A DNA stretch of 63,417 nucleotides from a virus. The translations under genes and the position numbers were made by a program. This document shows positions 8,750-16,447 of this stretch, in pieces (the stretch's first letter is position 1; each line of letters starts with the position of its first letter). The notes beneath the pieces were generated by a model that did no database searches, had not been told where the DNA came from, and worked only from the letters and a program-made list of their open reading frames with translations. The stretch lies in IMG/VR virus record IMGVR_UViG_2710264769_000001; one strand, given 5' to 3'.

Positions 8750-8964
8750 TCAAGTTGGGCACGGTAGTTAGATATAGACTGAACGGCAGAAACTTCTGCC
8801 GTTGATTAAGCGAGTATACGGGGGATCATCTGATCAGCATCGAAGCGCCGGTTGGAAAAGCGCTGCTTGGGAAAAAGCAGGGGGACAAGTTCCAGGTAGA
8901 GGCCCCGGGCGGACCGGTAACTGTAGAAGTTATAGAAATTCAGGAAAAGCTCCTGAGAGGGTGA
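8746..8964 (+). pseudogene. GreA/GreB C-terminal-domain-like gene interrupted by an in-frame TGA (8803-8805)
   Basis: ATG 8746 overlaps the upstream stop (ATGA). Translation is MIKLGTVVRYRLNGRNFCR-stop-LSEYTGDHLISIEAPVGKALLGKKQGDKFQVEAPGGPVTVEVIEIQEKLLRG. The second part matches the GreA C-terminal signature (IS..SP.G.AL.GK..GD...V..P.G......I) but has no start codon of its own. Confidence 0.55.
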
Positions 8965-8968
8965 CTAA

Positions 8969-9433
8969 ATGGCACGAGAACAGGATAAATATCCTGGTTT
9001 TTATCGGTTGTATGTATCTCTTTTAAAAGATGGAGTTATAGAAGATTTAGAAAATCATAAAGAATTATATAAAAAAATTGGCATGTTTAAAGAATCATTT
9101 GTTAACTGGTGCTCCAAACAAAGAGTTAATTATGAACATGATATATATGACGAAGTAAATGAGTTTCTAACCAAATTCCTTAAAAAAAGAATGTATAATT
9201 TTAACTTGCCATTGTGGAAAGAAATATCAAGGATAGTTTTTGAAAGAGATAATTATACATGCCTTTATTGTAATAAAAAAGGCGGAAATTTAGAAGTTGA
9301 CCATATAATTCCATTATCAAAAAATGGCACTAATGAGCTAGAAAATTTAGTTACCTCTTGCCGAACGTGCAATCGACAAAAAAGAGATAAGACGGTCAAA
9401 GAGTTTATGGAGTGGAGGGTAATAAATGGCTAA
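8969..9433 (+). CDS. Free-standing HNH homing-type endonuclease
   Basis: CLYCNKKGGNLEVDHIIPLSKNGTNELENLVTSCRTCNRQK. The gene is visibly more AT-rich than its neighbours. Confidence 0.85.
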   Translation: MAREQDKYPGFYRLYVSLLKDGVIEDLENHKELYKKIGMFKESFVNWCSKQRVNYEHDIYDEVNEFLTKFLKKRMYNFNLPLWKEISRIVFERDNYTCLYCNKKGGNLEVDHIIPLSKNGTNELENLVTSCRTCNRQKRDKTVKEFMEWRVING

Positions 9434-10370
9434 CAATAAGGATGTTTATTACTTTAGCCATGATAGCAATGCAAGAAATGATGAAAAAATACTTATGTTC
9501 AGAGCAGAACATGGATGGGAAGGTTATGGTTTATATTGGGCGTTGGTTGAAATGATGTTTGAATCTAATGAGACCTGCCTTTACCATTCAAAAATTAAAG
9601 GTATAGCGGCTGGTTATAACATTGATATAACACTGTTACAAAATGTTATTAACACTTGTATAACAGAGCAACTCTTTGTTAGCGACGGGGAAAAGTTCTG
9701 GAGTGAGAGCCTTCGTAGGCGTAAGGCAGCCTTTCATGCTTCAAGGGAAAAGAAATCTAAGGCGGGCAAGAAGGGGATGGCGTTAAGATGGGGAAAGTCC
9801 GAAAAGTCGGCATCAGATAACACTGTTATAACAGAAAATAACAAAGTTATAACAGAAAATAACAAAGTAAAGGAAAGTAAAGTAAATAAAAGAAAAGAAA
9901 AAGAAAAGAAAAGTACTAAAGATCTCTTGTCCGAACTCCCTGGTTCGGACGGTGAGAAAACACCAGAAGAGCCTGTATTTAAGAAGGAGAGTGCTGCCTA
10001 TAGGGGTGCGAATTATTTAAGAGGTATGATCATGGGAAATAACCCCAGGGCAAAGGTTCCTGATGATAAAGAGGACGACAGCCTAATGCAGAAGTGGGCA
10101 CTGGAAATGGACAGGCTTCACAGGCTGGGACCTCCCGGGGGAACTAAGGGCTATACCTGGAACGAGATCAAAGCGATAATAGATTTTTGCATGGATGATA
10201 GTTTTTGGAGAGCAAATATCCTGTCACCATCAAAGCTCCGGAAGCAGGTAGTTATTCTTGAAAACAAGATGAAAGAGAGGGATAAGGTTGGAAAAGCTGG
10301 GTCAGCTCCTAAGCCGGGTTACAGACCAAGCGAACACGATTGGAGTAAAGAACCAAAAGACCGGATTTGA
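9426..10370 (+). CDS. Replisome organizer / replication initiation protein (DUF4373, DnaD-like)
   Basis: N-terminus VYYFSHDSNARNDEKILMFRAEHGWEGYGLYWALVEMM. It lies directly upstream of a DnaC-like loader and contains iterons internally. Confidence 0.7.
   Translation: MANNKDVYYFSHDSNARNDEKILMFRAEHGWEGYGLYWALVEMMFESNETCLYHSKIKGIAAGYNIDITLLQNVINTCITEQLFVSDGEKFWSESLRRRKAAFHASREKKSKAGKKGMALRWGKSEKSASDNTVITENNKVITENNKVKESKVNKRKEKEKKSTKDLLSELPGSDGEKTPEEPVFKKESAAYRGANYLRGMIMGNNPRAKVPDDKEDDSLMQKWALEMDRLHRLGPPGGTKGYTWNEIKAIIDFCMDDSFWRANILSPSKLRKQVVILENKMKERDKVGKAGSAPKPGYRPSEHDWSKEPKDRI
9825..9866. repeat. Two perfect tandem 21-bp iterons (candidate origin)
   Basis: gttataacagaaaataacaaa x2 (9825-9845, 9846-9866), followed by an A-rich tract (9867-9915) and the inverted repeat gtccgaac/gttcggac (9929-9950). 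Confidence 0.6.
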
Positions 10371-11052
10371 GTGCAGATGTGACAAGTCAGGAGACATACG
10401 GGATTTAATCTCTACCTGCTATAAATACTTGGAGCCTTATAATGCTGAATGTCAGGAGATTAAGCGCAGGTGGCAGGAATGTTTAAGAAAAGCCGGTATA
10501 TATGAACGTTTTTACGATGCAAATATCAAGAACATTCAAGCCAGGGGAATACCGGAGCAAATCAGAACGCAATACAAGCAGATTACGGACTATCTGTTGC
10601 ATTTAGAAAAAAACACTAAAACCGGCAGGGGTCTTATTCTTAAAGGCCCTCCGGGGACGATGAAAACAACTTTGGCTGTAGCAATTCTCCAGGAAGCGAT
10701 ATTTTATGGCTATTCCGGCAGGAAAATCCTGATGCAGAGTTTGCTTGACGAAATTTTTATGATGAAGGCCAGAGGAATAGAGGAATGGCTAAAGTTTGAA
10801 AATGAACTGCGGAATTGCCGCCTTCTGGTGGTGGACGAGTTAGGTAAGCACAGCTCCGAAGGGTGGGTAATGACAAAGTTTGAGGCTATTGTCTCAGAGC
10901 GGCATGAGCGTAGAAGAAGCACTATCTTTATTACCAACCTGACGAGCAAGGAATTGAAGGGGCTTTACAGCGAAGGGGTAATTGACCGATTTAACCATGT
11001 AAACGATGTGGTTAATTTTGAGGGTAAAAGCTTGAGGGTGAAGGGGGATTAA
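10288..11052 (+). CDS. DnaC/IstB-like AAA+ helicase loader
   Basis: Walker A LKGPPGTMKTTLAVA, Walker B LLVVDELG. Start uncertain (TTG 10288 overlaps the preceding gene). Confidence 0.75.
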   Translation: MEKLGQLLSRVTDQANTIGVKNQKTGFECRCDKSGDIRDLISTCYKYLEPYNAECQEIKRRWQECLRKAGIYERFYDANIKNIQARGIPEQIRTQYKQITDYLLHLEKNTKTGRGLILKGPPGTMKTTLAVAILQEAIFYGYSGRKILMQSLLDEIFMMKARGIEEWLKFENELRNCRLLVVDELGKHSSEGWVMTKFEAIVSERHERRRSTIFITNLTSKELKGLYSEGVIDRFNHVNDVVNFEGKSLRVKGD

Positions 11053-11054
11053 GG

Positions 11055-11531
11055 ATGGTTGATATAAGCTTATTTACCTCAAATACAGACGAGTGGGAAA
11101 CGCCACAATGGTTATTTGATGAACTAAACGAGGAATTTGGGTTTGTCCTCGATGTTTGTGCAACTGCAGAAAACAGAAAATGCCAAAAGTATTATGACAA
11201 AAAAACAGATGGACTTAAACAGGATTGGCGCGGGGTATGCTGGATGAATCCTCCTTATGGTCGCGAAATTGGCAAATGGGTTCAAAAAGCTTATGAGGAA
11301 TCGTTAAAAGATGCAATGGTAGTTTGCTTACTACCGGCAAGGACAGATACGCGATGGTTTCACAGTTTTATTTGGGATGAAGATAAGCACCAGCCAAGAC
11401 AAAATGTTAAAGTTAGGTTTCTTAAAGGCCGGTTGAAATTCAGTGGTGCAAGCAACAGTGCACCCTTCCCCAGCATGATAGTAATTTTTTTTAACCCCAG
11501 CAGGTTACTTAAAGTAAACAAAGAAACATAA
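11055..11531 (+). CDS. dam: Phage-type DNA N6-adenine methyltransferase
   Basis: EWETPQWLFDEL...LDVCA...WMNPPYGREIGKW...LLPARTDTRWFH...RFLKGRLKF, typical of the phage Dam family (NPPY catalytic motif). Confidence 0.85.
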   Translation: MVDISLFTSNTDEWETPQWLFDELNEEFGFVLDVCATAENRKCQKYYDKKTDGLKQDWRGVCWMNPPYGREIGKWVQKAYEESLKDAMVVCLLPARTDTRWFHSFIWDEDKHQPRQNVKVRFLKGRLKFSGASNSAPFPSMIVIFFNPSRLLKVNKET

Positions 11532-11545
11532 AAGGAGTGTAAAAG

Positions 11546-11803
11546 GTGTCTGGTTGGATGTTCATGTTTATTGGGATATTAGCTGGCTTCTTCGGCGGCC
11601 TTTGGGCCGGAGCCGTTGCAGACAGCCTGGAAAGGAGGAACGGACGTATGGTTGAGCAGTGTCCTAACTGCGGCAGTATGCTTACCGAAAAAGTTGAGGA
11701 AAAAGAGCGTAGCTGGCGGCATGTGGTTTATGTGTATGAGTGCTTAGAGTGCCAGGATAGATTTGTGGTGGCGAAGAGCATAAGAAAGGGGAGAGAGACT
11801 TGA
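11546..11803 (+). CDS. Small membrane-anchored zinc-ribbon protein
   Basis: N-terminal hydrophobic helix, then CPNC...CLEC. Confidence 0.45.
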   Translation: MSGWMFMFIGILAGFFGGLWAGAVADSLERRNGRMVEQCPNCGSMLTEKVEEKERSWRHVVYVYECLECQDRFVVAKSIRKGRET

Positions 11804-12345
11804 AAAATAATAAGCTGTTTACTTGCTGGTCTTTGGCCCTGTTAATCACTATGTTGGTTATTACTGGTGCTGTAATTGCAGCCAATGCAGAGTTACGCCG
11901 GGAGATGGAACGGCTTCAGATTGAAAAACTTCTCCTGGAAGCGGAAAACGATTTCCTGCGGGACAAGCTTGAGGAGTTAAGGAAAAAGCAGGCAGAACTC
12001 CGCAAAAGAATTGAGGAATGGCTGGACGATTGGGAAATGGGAATTTTTGAGTTAACTTTTTATACCAGGAAGTGCGGCTATCCCTGGAACGATGGGATCA
12101 CATACTTGGGATACGAGGCAACACCAGGCCGGACTATAGCTGTAGATCCGGAAGTAATACCCTTTCATTCCTGGGTATGGATTGAGGGTTTTGGTTGGCG
12201 CAGGGCCGAGGATATAGGGCCAGCTATCAAGGGCAACCGTATTGACTATTATGTTGGGGAAGGTCCAGAAGCACACCGGGAAGCAATGAGGCTGGGCAGG
12301 CAGCAGTTAAAGGTAGTTTACCAAAAACAACCGGGGAAAGAATAA
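11800..12345 (+). CDS. Membrane-anchored 3D-domain (MltA/RlpA-like fold) cell-wall protein
   Basis: TM helix, coiled coil, then FELTFYT...GITYLGYEATPGRTIAVDPEVIPFHSWVWIEGFGWRRAEDIGPAIKGNRIDYYVG, matching the 3D domain pattern. Confidence 0.65.
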   Translation: MKNNKLFTCWSLALLITMLVITGAVIAANAELRREMERLQIEKLLLEAENDFLRDKLEELRKKQAELRKRIEEWLDDWEMGIFELTFYTRKCGYPWNDGITYLGYEATPGRTIAVDPEVIPFHSWVWIEGFGWRRAEDIGPAIKGNRIDYYVGEGPEAHREAMRLGRQQLKVVYQKQPGKE

Positions 12346-12455
12346 GTTTAAATTTTCTAAACAGGAGCTAATATTTTGGCCCTGTAGGGTTACTTAATAT
12401 AAACCTACCAGAAGGAGCAGTAAAGTTTCTCCACGGTCAAAATTTTTAGCTCTCC

Positions 12456-12836
12456 GTGAAAATTATAAAGGGGAGTGATATCCAGGTGAGCATAAGAGTA
12501 AAACAAAATTACCGCCTGCCTCCTGAAGAGGAGGCTAGAAGAAAAGAGCTTTACGATAAGGGATTGACTGATTCGGAAATAGCCAAAGAACTGGGATATG
12601 TCCCGAGAATAATACAGCAGTGGCGCATGGCACGGGATTTGCCTAGCAACTACAAAAGGGAAAAAAGATACGGTTCGAAACTTGTCAGGCAATGCGAGGG
12701 CTGTATCCATGCTAATTTAAAAAAGAATTGGTGTAACATCTTTACTGAACCTGGTTATTTTTGGAGAGAAGGAAATACTTGCTGGAGAAGGAGAGAGAAG
12801 GAAGTTGATCCACTCGACACTAAACAAAACCATTAA
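12456..12836 (+). CDS. Small HTH protein with a Cys/Trp-rich C-terminus
   Basis: LTDSEIAKELGYVPRIIQQWR helix-turn-helix. Start codon uncertain. Confidence 0.45.
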   Translation: MKIIKGSDIQVSIRVKQNYRLPPEEEARRKELYDKGLTDSEIAKELGYVPRIIQQWRMARDLPSNYKREKRYGSKLVRQCEGCIHANLKKNWCNIFTEPGYFWREGNTCWRRREKEVDPLDTKQNH

Positions 12837-13242
12837 GTTCACCGTTTATGGAATTGCCCAGCCGAAGGGCAGCACCAAGGCGTTTACTTATTACGATAGA
12901 AACCAGGGGAAATATCGAGCTGCTACAACAAGCGACAATACTAAAACTAAACCCTGGCAGGAGCTTATAGCTTCAGCAGCACAAGAGCACCGGCCGGAAT
13001 GGGGGATACATGATGGAGCAGTTATACTCAGTGCTAAGTTCTATTTTTTCAGGCCCAAGTCAGCCAGTGCAACTAAGAGACCTTATCACACAGTTAAGCC
13101 GGACCTGGACAAACTTACCAGGTCGTTAGGTGATGCGCTGAAAGGGATAATTTATACCGATGATTCCAGGGTTATCAGGCAGAACGTTACTAAAGATTAT
13201 GGAGATCCGCCCAGGGTAGAAATTGAAGTTGAATTACTTTGA
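12805..13242 (+). CDS. rusA: RusA-family Holliday junction resolvase
   Basis: FTVYGIAQPKGSTKA...KPDLDKLTRSLGDALKGIIYTDDSRV matches the RusA core. Confidence 0.8.
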   Translation: MIHSTLNKTIKFTVYGIAQPKGSTKAFTYYDRNQGKYRAATTSDNTKTKPWQELIASAAQEHRPEWGIHDGAVILSAKFYFFRPKSASATKRPYHTVKPDLDKLTRSLGDALKGIIYTDDSRVIRQNVTKDYGDPPRVEIEVELL

Positions 13243-13269
13243 AATCTAAAAGCGGAAGGCGGGGAACTG

Positions 13270-13527
13270 ATGAACCCAAAAGAGAAAATAATTATCACCA
13301 GACATTTTTATAAAAGGTGGTTGGAAAGGGTTAATCCTAAAAAACCGAGCAGGGAGACAGTTAGAAAATGTGTCAGGAAAGCTTTATGGGACGGTTATGA
13401 AAGAGTTGGCTCAAATTTATACTATACGTATTTTAACGGGTATCAGATAGTGCTAACGAAAAATTTTTATGGATGGTGGGCGGCTAAGACAGTTATACCA
13501 GTAGGGCAAAAGAAGGTGATGCCATGA
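13270..13527 (+). CDS. Hypothetical protein
   Basis: 85-aa ORF, packed within the operon. Confidence 0.4.
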   Translation: MNPKEKIIITRHFYKRWLERVNPKKPSRETVRKCVRKALWDGYERVGSNLYYTYFNGYQIVLTKNFYGWWAAKTVIPVGQKKVMP

Positions 13528-13754
13528 TCCAATCCTTCACAATCGCTCATTATGTAATGTTTAACCAGCCTGACATATATGAGCGCATAATCAAGATATA
13601 CCGTATTCCCAGGGTAAAGATTCCAGAACCGCAGATCACGGTTGTCTTAGTCCCCAGGGATGAACTTACCAGGGAGCAGAGGGAACTGGAAAAGATAATG
13701 AAGCAGAGGCCCCTGCCGGGCATAGCGGGAACATTGCCGGGGGAGGGAAGTTGA
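13524..13754 (+). CDS. Hypothetical protein
   Basis: 76-aa ORF; its start overlaps the previous stop (ATGA). Confidence 0.4.
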   Translation: MIQSFTIAHYVMFNQPDIYERIIKIYRIPRVKIPEPQITVVLVPRDELTREQRELEKIMKQRPLPGIAGTLPGEGS

Positions 13755-14263
13755 TGGAAGAAAAGCAGATGCAGGAAGAACAGTTAGATGAGCAGCAGAA
13801 AAGAAAAAAAGAGGTTAAGGGTTGGCTTTTGCATTATCACGACAGGCTGGAAAAATACGAAGCCAAAAAATCAGAGATACTCTCCAAGCTTTACCCAGGC
13901 AGCATATTGAAACTATCCAAGATGCCTTCTTCCAAAATTAGCGATCCCACAGGGCAAATGGGAAGGGATCTGGCTATGTTGCAGAAAACGGAAAAATGGC
14001 TGGAGCTGGTAGAGGACGTTGAGAGAAAATTAACCGACAAGCAGTTACTTATACTGTCGCTGAGAAGGGCGTACAGGTTCCATGGCACAGGTTGGACTGA
14101 CAAAATTCATATCAAGTATGCAAGCACAATCGCCAAAAAGACCGGATTACCGGAAGAAGAATGTTATATTGCAGACCGGACCACCTTTTGGCGCTGGTGG
14201 CAGGAAATAGAGGACCTGGCCTTATGTATGGCCGAGGAAAGAAAGTTATTTGTTGGTGAATGA
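13751..14263 (+). CDS. Putative late-gene transcriptional activator (ArpU/RinA-like, sigma region-4-like)
   Basis: Last early gene before the packaging genes. It has the ...SDPTG...LTDKQLLILSLRR... pattern seen in ArpU/RinA regulators. Assignment is from position and weak motifs only. Confidence 0.4.
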   Translation: MMEEKQMQEEQLDEQQKRKKEVKGWLLHYHDRLEKYEAKKSEILSKLYPGSILKLSKMPSSKISDPTGQMGRDLAMLQKTEKWLELVEDVERKLTDKQLLILSLRRAYRFHGTGWTDKIHIKYASTIAKKTGLPEEECYIADRTTFWRWWQEIEDLALCMAEERKLFVGE

Positions 14264-14359
14264 AAATTTTTTTTACAATGCAACAGTTTGCAACAAATGG
14301 TTTAGGATTACGATATATTATGATACCGGTAAGCTTGTCTGGACAAGCAAATAACGAAA

Positions 14360-14418
14360 ACCGTAAAAGGGAGGGGCTAGGTGCACATAGTTCCTCCCGC
14401 AGGGAAAAAAGATACGGT
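14360..14418 (+). promoter_or_regulatory. Structured leader RNA element (nested helices)
   Basis: accgta (14360-65) pairs with tacggt (14413-18). Inside it, gggagg (14369-74) pairs with cctccc (14393-98), with a GUGCAC-containing loop. Confidence 0.4.
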
Positions 14419-14434
14419 TAAGAATACATAACAA

Positions 14435-14467
14435 GAGGCCGTCCAAGGTGGGCGGCCTCACTCTTTT
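14435..14467 (+). terminator. Intrinsic terminator inside the leader of the late operon
   Basis: gaggccgtcca / tgggcggcctc stem followed by actctttt, 15 nt before the ATG at 14483. Confidence 0.65.
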
Positions 14468-14482
14468 GGGGCAGGTGAGGAT

Positions 14483-14953
14483 ATGGAAAGCGATTTCCGA
14501 AGTTATGATGAAGTTCTACAGGAATTTATAGAATACCGCATGGCCGGTGACGCCACGGCCTGGGCGCAAGCAGAACTGGCTTATTACGCTTGCAACGTCA
14601 TGGGGTGCAAAGCCAGGAAGTTTGCAGCTGACGTTGGCTATTCTGAGAGGTATATATCAGACCTGCGGAAAACGTATTCTGCTTTTCCGGGCCCGGAAAT
14701 TAGGATATCTGAGCTTTCATTCTGCCACCATTCTATTGCCGCAAGGACTAATGATCCGCATTACTGGATAGCGCAGGCGGCAGATCGTCATTTGTCAACC
14801 AGGGAAATGAAAAAGGCTGTAAAAGGCCATACGACACCGGACGAACTGAGAAGGGCTGAGGCAGTTTGGGCGGCAGTGGAGAGGACGCTTGCATTAAGGG
14901 GCCCTGGTGCAGATTGGTTGATGGAGCGCATAAAAGAAAAAGCCGGGGGTTAG
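14483..14953 (+). CDS. Hypothetical helical protein (possible HTH)
   Basis: 156-aa ORF; GGTGAGG RBS. Confidence 0.5.
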   Translation: MESDFRSYDEVLQEFIEYRMAGDATAWAQAELAYYACNVMGCKARKFAADVGYSERYISDLRKTYSAFPGPEIRISELSFCHHSIAARTNDPHYWIAQAADRHLSTREMKKAVKGHTTPDELRRAEAVWAAVERTLALRGPGADWLMERIKEKAGG

Positions 14954-14965
14954 TCCCCGGCTTTT
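14938..14965. terminator. Bidirectional terminator between convergent genes
   Basis: aaaagccgggg-gttagt-ccccggctttt, flanked by A-run and T-run. Confidence 0.8.
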
Positions 14966-14993
14966 ACCCTCTTAGTTCCGCTCATATCTTATT

Positions 14994-15302
14994 TTACGCC
15001 CAGTCATCCGGCGCGATTACAATAACGTCATCGCTAATCCGGTAGACAGTACCGTTCTTTGGCAGTTTGTCGTCGTCATATTGGGCGACTATAGTGATAT
15101 TAACTCTATCAAGCAATCCCGACAGATCATCGTAATATTCGCCCTTAACTTCGGGGATTTCCTCCCCCATCCCGACAAGGCCGGTTGCAAATATGCGGGG
15201 ATAGCCGTTGATGCTACTCCAGTTACACAGGATACCCTCTTTGCCGTCATAGATCACGATACCTGATTCTTGGCCGGTAAGCTCTTGTAAGTTATCAAAC
15301 AT
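14994..15302 (-). CDS. Small strongly acidic protein
   Basis: ORF 14994..15332. AAAGGAAG RBS before ATG 15302. 19 D/E versus 7 K/R in 102 aa. Confidence 0.55.
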   Translation of the reverse strand: MFDNLQELTGQESGIVIYDGKEGILCNWSSINGYPRIFATGLVGMGEEIPEVKGEYYDDLSGLLDRVNITIVAQYDDDKLPKNGTVYRISDDVIVIAPDDWA

Positions 15303-15353
15303 TTTGGCACTTCCTTTCTTTTTGGTAAACATATTATATTCTTCATGCAGGGG

Positions 15354-15515
15354 CTAAATTCCTTCTTCCACATCATGTCGCTCCCGATATTCATGGAGAG
15401 CTGCTAAGACAACATTAGTCATTGTCATACCCTCACGCTGGGCATATTCGTGTAGCCAGCGTTTCACGTCTGGCGGGACTTTCAGATACAGTTCGACTAT
15501 CTCTCTCAACAGCAT
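15354..15515 (-). CDS. Ribbon-helix-helix (Arc/CopG-like) protein
   Basis: Not in the ORF track (53 aa). MLLREIVELYLKVPPDVKRWLHEYAQREGMTMTNVVLAALHEYRERHDVEEGI. GAAAGGAGG lies 5 nt upstream. Confidence 0.65.
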   Translation of the reverse strand: MLLREIVELYLKVPPDVKRWLHEYAQREGMTMTNVVLAALHEYRERHDVEEGI

Positions 15516-15678
15516 TAGCCTCCTTTCTTTCGTCTTTATGGCGGCCTACGAGCTTACCATTCTTGTATAAGTTCCAGCCGCCATTTTCGTATTTGGCTTG
15601 GTAAGCCATTTTCCCATAAACCTCCTTTCAAATATCTTGCTTGGGGGAGCCCTTTGGCAAGGCTCCCCCTGGCAGGAG

Positions 15679-15864
15679 TTAGCGGCGCTTAGTATAGCAG
15701 TTAAGACCGAGTATAACGTCAGTTCCTGGGATTGGCTGATTGCCGCTTGTAGTGGCAACGATAGTTGTTTTGCCGCTTGCACTGGGTCCGAGACGCTTTG
15801 TAACGTCGATTTCCAAGTGTAGAATATTGCCCTTGAGTTCGCCTTTGACGTTTTCAAAGTTCAC
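15679..15864 (-). CDS. Hypothetical small protein
   Basis: 61-aa ORF; AAAGGAGG lies 8 nt before GTG 15864. Confidence 0.5.
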   Translation of the reverse strand: MNFENVKGELKGNILHLEIDVTKRLGPSASGKTTIVATTSGNQPIPGTDVILGLNCYTKRR

Positions 15865-15955
15865 GGGTCAGACCTCCTTTCATCGTAGGTTGAGCGGAGC
15901 AGGGGAAAGAATTTCCCCCTGGTCCCGGCTTTCACGGGACAGTCCCTTGCCCTTT

Positions 15956-16342
15956 TTAGTAGCACTCAGTCCAATGCTCCCCTGTTTCCTCTCCCCATTG
16001 TTCCCGGGGAGCAAGACGCTGGCCTGCAAAGTTGTAGTCAGCTCCGCATTCGCAGGTATTCGTGAAATGGGAAAGTTCGACTTCTTTTCCGCATTCGCAA
16101 AGGCCAACGGCGGGTTCACGAACATTCCAACGGAGTATACGAACACCTTTGCAAATTACATCATGCTCACCAGATAAGCATTTTTTGTAATTGCCAAGTG
16201 CTTCTGGTGGAAGGTTTTTGGTGTCAACATTACCTTGCTCATCGCAAGGGAAGGCAAAACCGGCTCCTGGCATATTTTTAAATTCGAAGTATAATGAAAT
16301 GTCCTTGCATTCAACAATTTTGGTTTTCCTAATAATTTTCAT
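15956..16342 (-). CDS. Hypothetical Cys-rich protein
   Basis: 128-aa ORF with CECGKEV...CECG. Its start overlaps the stop of the upstream peptide gene (ATGA). Confidence 0.55.
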   Translation of the reverse strand: MKIIRKTKIVECKDISLYFEFKNMPGAGFAFPCDEQGNVDTKNLPPEALGNYKKCLSGEHDVICKGVRILRWNVREPAVGLCECGKEVELSHFTNTCECGADYNFAGQRLAPREQWGEETGEHWTECY

Positions 16343-16443
16343 CGGATTAGTACCTCCTTCAGCGTTTCGTTTACGATGTAGCAGCCCAGGATGATAATGA
16401 TAGCTACTACAAGAGAGATAAGGCCGGGGAATAAGCGGAGCAT
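16339..16443 (-). CDS. 34-aa single-pass membrane peptide
   Basis: MLRLFPGLISLVVAIIIILGCYIVNETLKEVLIR; AAGGAGG lies 8 nt upstream. Not in the ORF track. Confidence 0.45.
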   Translation of the reverse strand: MLRLFPGLISLVVAIIIILGCYIVNETLKEVLIR

Positions 16444-16447
16444 GATA

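Noticed and set aside
8782-8805. Selenocysteine (SECIS) explanation for the in-frame TGA
   Set aside because: The hairpin lies upstream of and includes the TGA, whereas a bacterial SECIS lies immediately downstream. The window contains no sel genes.
8802-9026. Tracked 74-aa ORF (R/G/S-rich)
   Set aside because: It is out of frame with the clear GreA C-terminal-like reading frame across the same nucleotides and overlaps the HNH start. The translation looks random.
9825-9866. CRISPR array or other multi-copy repeat arrays anywhere in the window
   Set aside because: Only two-copy tandem repeats were seen (9825-66, 17966-18000, 27161-205). No repeat-spacer periodicity is present.
15546-16177. 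Tracked ORFs 15546..15857(-), 15598..15822(+), 15740..16177(+), 15880..16146(-)
   Set aside because: They overlap better-supported minus-strand genes that have strong RBSs (15679..15864, 15956..16342). Their translations are low-complexity.
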